DNA of 64,000 bases from Schmidtea polychroa (taxonomy: Eukaryota), in the NCBI GenBank assembly GCA_044892525.1, contig CM097885.1, positions 41,108,001-41,172,000 of the forward strand. Direction: 5' to 3'. Below, in pieces: positions 55,976 through 64,000 of this stretch. Both the position numbers and the translations under genes were made by a program. The stretch's first letter is position 1; each line of letters opens with the position of its first letter. The notes beneath the pieces are model-generated. The model was not told where the DNA came from and did not search any database. It worked only from the letters and a program-made list of their open reading frames with translations.

Positions 55976-58900
55976 TAAATCTCAATCTCATTAATCATCT
56001 CAAATTCTTCCAAGATTTAATTTTATCAGCTCAAGAAACTGATAGCTAAATCGTTAATAAAATTTTTTTTTACTTTCTCCATCAAGCTCCGGTGTTTTGT
56101 TTTCTAAGTGATATAATATTAACCTAACCTTTAATTGCATTGTGTAACAAATTTGCAACATACCAGAATTTCACGTTTCATAGTGTTTCATACTGTTGCT
56201 TGTGTGCTACCAAGCTGTTTAACGGATTTAGTTAATTTTATAATAATATTTATAATAATATATTCAGTCAAAGGAATGTCATTTTATTTTATTGAAAATA
56301 AATAAAAAAAATCATGCACTTAAAGGTTAATTAAAATTTCAAAAAATTAATTATTTAGTTTAGCAAGCATATCAATTAAATTTGTTGATTTGATATTAAT
56401 CATCTCAGTAGAAAAACAAAATCCTCGATTTTGACAGGCTTAAAAACAGGTCTGTTGAGCAGTGACGGCAAAACGTTTTTTGTTTATTTAGAAGAAAAAT
56501 TGAAAAATAGTAGATATGACTGGCAAATGGATATGATTAATGTCGTAGTAGTGATATATAAACCTAAACAAACTTGACTAAATTCGCCAGAAGAAGTTGA
56601 AAAATAAATACGATTAAGAAAGAACTTCATGTGATTTAAATGAATACTGCCTGTAGGAACATAAGATTAATACAGACATTTAAAATAGATATATTAGAGT
56701 TTATAGAGTAAGATGAATTGTGTTCAGATTTGTTGGTATCATCCAGAGCGTCCAGACGGTTGTGGATTTGTCGAATGCCAAATCCAGTAAGACACATTGG
56801 TGAAATTGAAGCTAGTCAATTGAAACTACAGCACTGTAGGTTGGAATTATTTTGGAGATGTGAATTAAGATCGTTGAAATATTTTCATTTGAAAAACACA
56901 CATTACTCACTGAGCAACAAGTTCTTCGAATTGGGAGATATTCATTTTGATTCTCTTTGCAGTTGAAAAACGTAGCAAAATAATATTGAAACAAAAATTA
57001 AAAATTTGTTATTTAAGGCATTAACATATATTAAAAATTTACGAATGGAGTGGTAACGGCTGTGTCGAGAACGTCATTGATACGGATGGGAAACTGGTTA
57101 TTGGTTATCGAGAAGTCTATAGTTGAGAATGCTATGGAGCGTGCAAAGTGTGTTAATTAGCGTCATCGGGTATGCATCGGGACCAGAATGAACAAATTTT
57201 TAATTTAAGTTAAATAATTGAATAACTTAATAAAATTAAATAAAAATTGTATGTACATGTTTGAGACAATATACAGTTTATCAAAATTTCAAGATTTTTA
57301 AAATGAAATATAGTTTGTGGTGACCCTTACGAATACCTACTCATAGAAACAAACTATAATTGTTTATTAAGGTGAAAAATAAATTATAATGTTGGTTAAG
57401 AAATTAAAAAGTAAATTTAAATCATGAAAGACTATTTTGTCGAAAATGAAACTAAAGTTTGTTAAGTATTGTTGATTTGAATAAGAAAACATGAAACCAG
57501 GCTGCAATTAAATTTTTGCCGAAATTGTAATAAATCCTACAAATTTTAACTCAAACCGCAATAAAATATTTTTCAGTACCAGTATATTATACAGATTTTT
57601 TATGAACTCTTTTTAGATTTGAATTTTAGCAATTTCCATTATGCCCAGTAGTAAAATTTTAATAAAAATTGTTTTCAATTAATAATTTAAAAATCTTATT
57701 TTTATTAGTTCTTTTTAGTCTTATCCTAAAACCCAGTTTACGCCTTTGAAGTGACGATAAAATATTTGATAACCCAATTATTAAATTGAAAAAAGAATAA
57801 AAATTTCACTAAATTGACTGCTTAAAAACTACATAAATATTATTAAAATCTGAAAAATTCTCCTAATTTCTTATAATTAACAATTAAAACAACTAATAAC
57901 TGAAATCTTTTGGGAAATAATTAATGGGAATATTATAATGTTAAAATTCGACAATATTGATTAACTTTCAGAATTCAGTTTTTGGATTTCAGTATATTAT
58001 TATTATTTTCTCTGTGTGGCAAGTTATTTAAATAAAATATTTGTTTTATCAGTCAAACAAATTTATTATTTTCGTATGTAATTGAAAATAATTTTTGGTC
58101 TTGGAAATATTTAAATTTTTTTGATAATTTAAATGTATAAATAAATTATTATAAATTAAAATAAAATAAATTGCAGAATAAAATTGAAATTCTGTAAATT
58201 ATAAATTATTAATTAAATGCGATACATGTACATTCACTGTACAAATTTTACTTTGCATATATAAGTATATATAGTATATATTTTTCTTATTTAGAAAATA
58301 TATTTTCTTTCCCATGTATACTAGCAAAAATAAAGTATGTTTCCAAGGTCGTGAGACTTAAGTTATAATGACCACAAAAAAGACAATGAGTCATAGCTCG
58401 AGTCTTGAAGAAGGTCAGGGTTACCATAAAAAACACGCTGACGTCACCGTGATTCATTAACAAGACAAAGAATAAAAATTTTGTCCTAGAAAAATAATCA
58501 TTATATATTTCAAACCACTGTCTTTTTTGTGAAATTATTTTTATTAAAACTTTAATTGATAACTTTCTTTGACATACTATCTCAGATTTTTATTAATAAT
58601 ATTATTAAAACCAACATATGTCAAAGTAATACATTTATTTATTTATAAACAAGATAAAATGTAATTAATTAATATCCAAGAGCAAATCTAGCTCTATCAA
58701 TTTGTAATATTGGCAAAATATTATTTTACTTTACTTTGAATCCTTAAATTGTAATAGTTATATACCAACTTTCATTCTCTTTGTTCCTACTTCTTGAAAT
58801 GTGTCACAAAATCTAAAATTGCGATCATTCACAAATGCTGCAGTAGTCACTTGAAAATGTATTAAAATTTATTGTAAATGTTTTTAAATTTACTAAAAGT

Positions 58901-61529
58901 CTTATAATAATAATAATAATAATAACATTATAAAAACTTTTATCCATTTTCACCTATGATTTCTTTTCAATTGACATTATATTTATTAATAATTATTTGT
59001 TTGAATCAGTAAATATATCTATGTTGTTTTTGATATTCACAAATTTTCGGCACAGTCTTCTTCAAATGATTTTTAAATTAAAGTTGGAAATTTAGTAAAA
59101 CTACCAATAAAATAATAAATAACAAATAAAAATTTACAAAAGCAAAATAAACAATTAAATAATTACTTAAAAATTTATTATGATCATAAATCACTGGAAT
59201 TGGGTAAACAAAATTCGTTTATGACAACAATAAATTTTAATTGAAATAATAATTAATTTAAAATCTTTTAACTTAAAAATCTTAAAAATCTTTTTAATTT
59301 GTACAATGGGAGTCAAATTAGTAATTTGTCTTACCGAAACATTAGTAAACTCAACAAATCAAAAAAGAATATTACTAAGATTCATAAAATAACTACACCA
59401 TTTTTAACCACATCAAATCTTAGTTCCTCGGAGATATTTAAATCTAACCATCATTGATAAAGGATGTGCTGAAAATTTGTGGTTATTTTTATAGTTTTCG
59501 TTGATCAATTCCAATATAATTAAAATAGCTAGATGGAAAATATTTTGAAAATAATATTTTACATCATAAACTCTACTAAAAATGCATTTGGAAATAATTA
59601 AAATTTATTTCAATCAAATTATTTTTCCCTGTTGAATTATACTTACAAATAAAAATCAAATTTTGATATATTTTCAATCAAATCTAGACATAAAGGAAAA
59701 TGGCATTTGTTACATTTTCTAAATTAGAAAAAAATATTTATGATTAAAACAATAAATGTTTTTGATTTTTCTGGTAGAATTAACTGAAAGGCAAAGACTA
59801 ATATAAATTTTTGGCATAATTTTGTGCGCATCTCAATTCTTTTAATTTTATTTTTTTGGAAAAATTTGAAATCTTAAAAAATCGACAATTGTAACAAAAC
59901 TGTTCAATGCCTAACAACTATATGGAGTATTAGATGTCTGATTTCTTGAATTAATAACATCCATAATATTTCAAAACAAAACGAAACTATATTTTTAAAC
60001 ACAACACAAAATCTCTTTTATTTAAGCAATCTCTGTTTTTAGCTTTGAGGACATTTTCGCATGCATGAGTTAATAATTAAATAGGGAATATTCGTACACA
60101 AGCATTCAATAAATATTTTATATTTTAATTTTCAATCATTCTTAAATATATTTAATTTATCGTCAAACCAATTAAGAACTTCGATATTCATATTTAATTT
60201 ATTATTTTTAATTTATAATTTTATTATATACTTCTATTATATTATTTAAATCTATTTAAAACTGGAAATCAAATACTAATTCAATTTAATTACTTTTACA
60301 TAGAGTATTAATTCTGGAGAAAAGATAAAAAATAAAGACAATTTTCTTAAGAATTGTGAAGAAAGTATCTTTTGAAAATCTCAAAGTGGGATTTCAATAC
60401 AACAACATCACTTGAACGCTATTCTGAAATAAATTTTAAATTCTGTCTTTTATACATTTTACTTCTACGAGCCATAATTGACTCACTAGAAAAACATTTT
60501 CTTTAGGCAAAATGCTTCTTCATCAAATTTTGACTCAGTTGTGTTATCGATGAAACATTTGCAAAAATAAAAATATGGTGGAAAAGGTGGAAAAATATCT
60601 TTTGGAATTTTAAAAATGCTCAGTATTCTTTATAGACCTGCAACAGAGAAAGTTTTTACAATGTTGGAAAAATGATTCAAATCATTGTTAAAATTACTTC
60701 TTCAAAGCAAAGACCTTTTCAACACTAAGGGTTTTTTTTCTAAAATATTTAAAAAAATTTGGGGAATCAAACGTTAGGGGATTTTCTTGTTGTATAGCAA
60801 ATTATATTTCACGCGTTCAACCAGATAGTCGGCTTATGAGATTGACCATGTGAGAAAACGATATACAAAGAGTTAGCTGAAAGTTTAAAATTGTTGTTGT
60901 TATAGTCCCGTATACGATTTTTTGCATAAATCACTACGACTAAGCAACTTCCAAATATCTTCATGATTGAAATATTAATTATATGCTTTCATGATCGACT
61001 ATTTTCAATTTCTTTTCGTTTTATTTATGACTATTGATCAATAAGTTGAATGTACTGGCAAGTCATTGGCTTCCCATGTGTTTCGGTGAAATATCCATGA
61101 TATGTAAATCTCAGTAATGTGTGCATTTCTGGCATTGTCTCGAGTTTGTGTGTGCCTTAATTATTTGACATGACTGACATTGTACACACAACCTTAAAAG
61201 GCGTGTATGTTCTTTTGCACTTTATACACCAAAGCGCATTTGATTATCATAAATGAGGCATTCATTTAGCTATGTCAAATAAGCTTTGTTTTGGATTTTA
61301 GTTAATTTTAAGATTTTTTTTAAAATAATGAATAAAAAAGTTATTTATTTATTTATTATAATATACATTAAATTTTTCATAGTTTACCTAAAATATCAAG
61401 TATTTAGGGAATAATCTTTAATATGATTATTAATATGATATTTGAAATTATTATGATCTGGTTAATTGCTTGGAATATTGCAGTAAATCATCCATTGAAG
61501 GTAAATCTGTCTGGAAAATCCATCAACCG

Positions 61530-61620
61530 AAGAAACTTTAGTCCTTACCCCATTTTTAATTTTGCTCAACACTTTCGATGGGGTTCAAAAATGGATTATA
61601 TGGCAACTTTTCTATTTGAA
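61530..61620 (-). pseudogene. Tc1/IS630-like transposase remnant
   Basis: Minus strand KLPYNPFLNPIE then frameshifted SKIKN, matching the LPPYSP.LNPIE..WS..K motif. Confidence 0.55.
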
Positions 61621-63331
61621 TAGTCAGTGAAGATATATTATTGTAAATGGATTAGCTCATCTTTGAAAATTGAGACCTCGATTTGTTGGTATATTGTTAT
61701 ATATTCTATTGTCTACTCGTGATCTACCGAAGCTCTTGTTCGTCCATCTATTGAAGAGCATTCATCTATGTATTTTTTGAAATGAAATAGTCGATTCTGA
61801 TGAAGTTTCTGACATATTCTTGTATATTTTTTTATAATTAATTAATTTTAAATGGAAAATATTTAGCTAATTGAATGTCCGCTTGATAAATCAATGTCCT
61901 ATAGTCTGTATTTTTTATTATACAACCGTGTTTGTATGTATTTATTTATTTTTCTTCCAACAGTGATTTTTTCTATCTTTCTATAGTGTAAGAGCTAATT
62001 TAATGTCACCTAGCTAATTCAATGTCCCTTCTGGCTATGACACACATACATTTATTATAAGTAAGTTAATATTTATATTATTAAATATGGAAATCAATGG
62101 CCATTTGATGATAATCAGTTGCCGGCCGGTATTGTTTATGAATTGACTTCTCTCTAAATTAATATTATTTGAAATTTAAGAACATATAAATTTATTCGTG
62201 TTTGGATTATAATCATAAGTCTGATGCAATTGGAAAGCTCAACAATTTATCAATCCATGAAAATATTTCATTGAATTCGAAATCTTCCACGTGGGAGTTT
62301 TGGCAGTATGTTTTATTTGCCATGTAGAACCATTCGATGAAAACAGTTATTAAAAATGCTGAGGTGACCAACAATAAACTAATGAATGTTCTACTCAACT
62401 CACAGACAAGCTGCAATATCAAATCGAATGACTCAATATTATTTCCACTTCATTCATCTGTTAAAAATAGAACCGTTACCTATTCGAGTGAGAAAATAAG
62501 ATAAACATTTTCATGTAAAGATTGTCATTATGTGACATCTCAATCTTTGGGCAAACAAACTGTTATTAGAACTCTCTAAAACACCATGAATCAAATGATA
62601 TTTACATAGGAAATAGAAATATTGACATATTAAAATTCCCAGCGTATTTTTCGATCTAAATATAAAGAAAAGTGTGTGGGAAATATTAGCATAACATATA
62701 TTGTTGAATAATTCTGAGATCGTTTAGCACCAGATTTATGGAAAAAATGTCATACCTATTCTGTTGAACCCCACCATATTGACGAATACATTAAAATGCA
62801 ATTTTTTAGAAAAATTAATTAATAAAAAAAATTTCATTTTACAAAAATAATTTAAAATAAAATATTCATTAACATATTTTATAATTTATTTCATTTTGAA
62901 AATTTTGAAATGGTCAAATTGACGGGTTTAGTATATTTTAAGTTAAATAGTACTTGAAAATTTGCCATAAATAAAAATCACAAATCTATAGTTGAAAACT
63001 CAATGAAGATAAATGAAATTGTAAATTAACTAAAGAAAAAGATAAAAGATTAGACTGAAATTTCTTTGTGTTGATTTATGTAAAAGGCCAAGATGTAATA
63101 CCCACCATAGGGACTAACAAAAAACATGTTTTTTTTGGTTTATTACAAATTATTCCTCAATATTTCAATTTTAGTAAGATATTTTAACCAAATTAAAAAA
63201 TAACACTTTTAAAATTTTAAATATAAACTCAATATTAAAAACAAATCCAGCTTTAAAAATTTTATTGAATAAATAAAAAAATATTTTCACCAATAATTTC
63301 TTTTCAATTGCGAAGATTGTTTGAATTGCCA

Positions 63332-63594
63332 TCAGGAACCAGTATAGTCAGAATGAGTGATATGAAATAGATTATTCGGATTGGGAATATTAATTTCCTG
63401 ACAATTTGAGCAGCAAACTGTGGACGGATTAAGGCTGGTTAGAAGTTGATTGAATGACTGGCTGTTGTCTGTCAATGATTCGAGTCCAAGACTGATCATG
63501 GCCGGTTGTAAGCATCCACACTGATTGTAGCTTACACTTGGCAGAAGGGTATAACAACACATTTGGGGGTTTAATTGTTTTAAAATTTGATTTG
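63332..63594 (-). CDS. Probable terminal exon of an unidentified host gene; upstream exon candidate 63936-64000
   Basis: ttttAG acceptor at 63596-63595, open frame NQILKQLNPQMCCY...DYTGS*, and higher GC than flanks. A phase-compatible donor lies at 63935 after ...HPQKSY. Confidence 0.4.
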
Positions 63595-64000
63595 CTAAAA
63601 ATAGAAATTTTTATCATATGTTTATATATGAATCACTTGAAAAATTATGTGCTGAAAATTTATGAATATCAAAAAAAACATCGATATCTTTACAGATTCA
63701 TAGTCAAATTTTTTTAATAAATACAATGTCAATTAAAAAGAAATATTGGATTTTGTGTAAATGTGGTCTTAAACACTGGATAATAACCAATGGTACATCA
63801 TATACACCTTGGCCTTGCTCATATTTGCTAGCCTAAGGTACCTCATGTGAATTGTAATTCTGTTAACTGTTATTTTATGGTGATATAATATGTGTACTAC
63901 GTTTTCGTCTATCATTATTAACTAATAACACAAACCATAGGACTTTTGAGGATGGGATCGAGGGTCGAATGTCTGATACAAGTGTGAAAACCTCGCGGCT

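Noticed and set aside
60540..60700. Possible Merlin/IS1016 transposase relic (VIDETF)
   Set aside because: Only one short motif; the expected downstream motifs were not recoverable.
62213..62422. Hydrophobic ORF as a membrane-protein exon (also ORFs 27323-27574, 45738-45971, 56718-56966)
   Set aside because: No recognisable family and no consistent splice phase or linkage to other exons.

Overview
Very AT-rich, microsatellite-laden animal (invertebrate-type) genomic DNA with spliceosomal introns; the species cannot be determined from the window. Host coding content is sparse: two exons of a HECT E3 ligase (508-697, 10019-10141), an orphan 163-aa ORF (29150-29641) and probable 3' exons of a minus-strand gene at the right edge. 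The rest is mostly transposon-derived. Two Maverick/Polinton-type insertions dominate, each with 5'-AG...CT-3' ends and an exact 6-bp TSD. Element 1 (14129-22025, 7.9 kb, TSD AAAGAG) splits a Penelope RT gene. It carries a decayed protein-primed PolB, a degenerate IAP-type RING gene and an apparently intact, intron-containing Bcl-2-family gene that the ORF track only half shows, but no integrase, capsid, ATPase or protease. Element 2 (31028-42028, 11 kb, TSD ATAATC) has no recognisable coding sequence and has ~3-kb near-identical TIRs built from satellites. Also present: Penelope elements with hammerhead ribozyme motifs, a U1-like head fused to a hammerhead, a gag-less 3.3-kb Gypsy element with ~140-bp LTRs, and piggyBac, hAT, Tigger, mariner, Tc1 and Helitron remnants. 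Everything was read by eye; family assignments rest on recalled motifs, not database searches.
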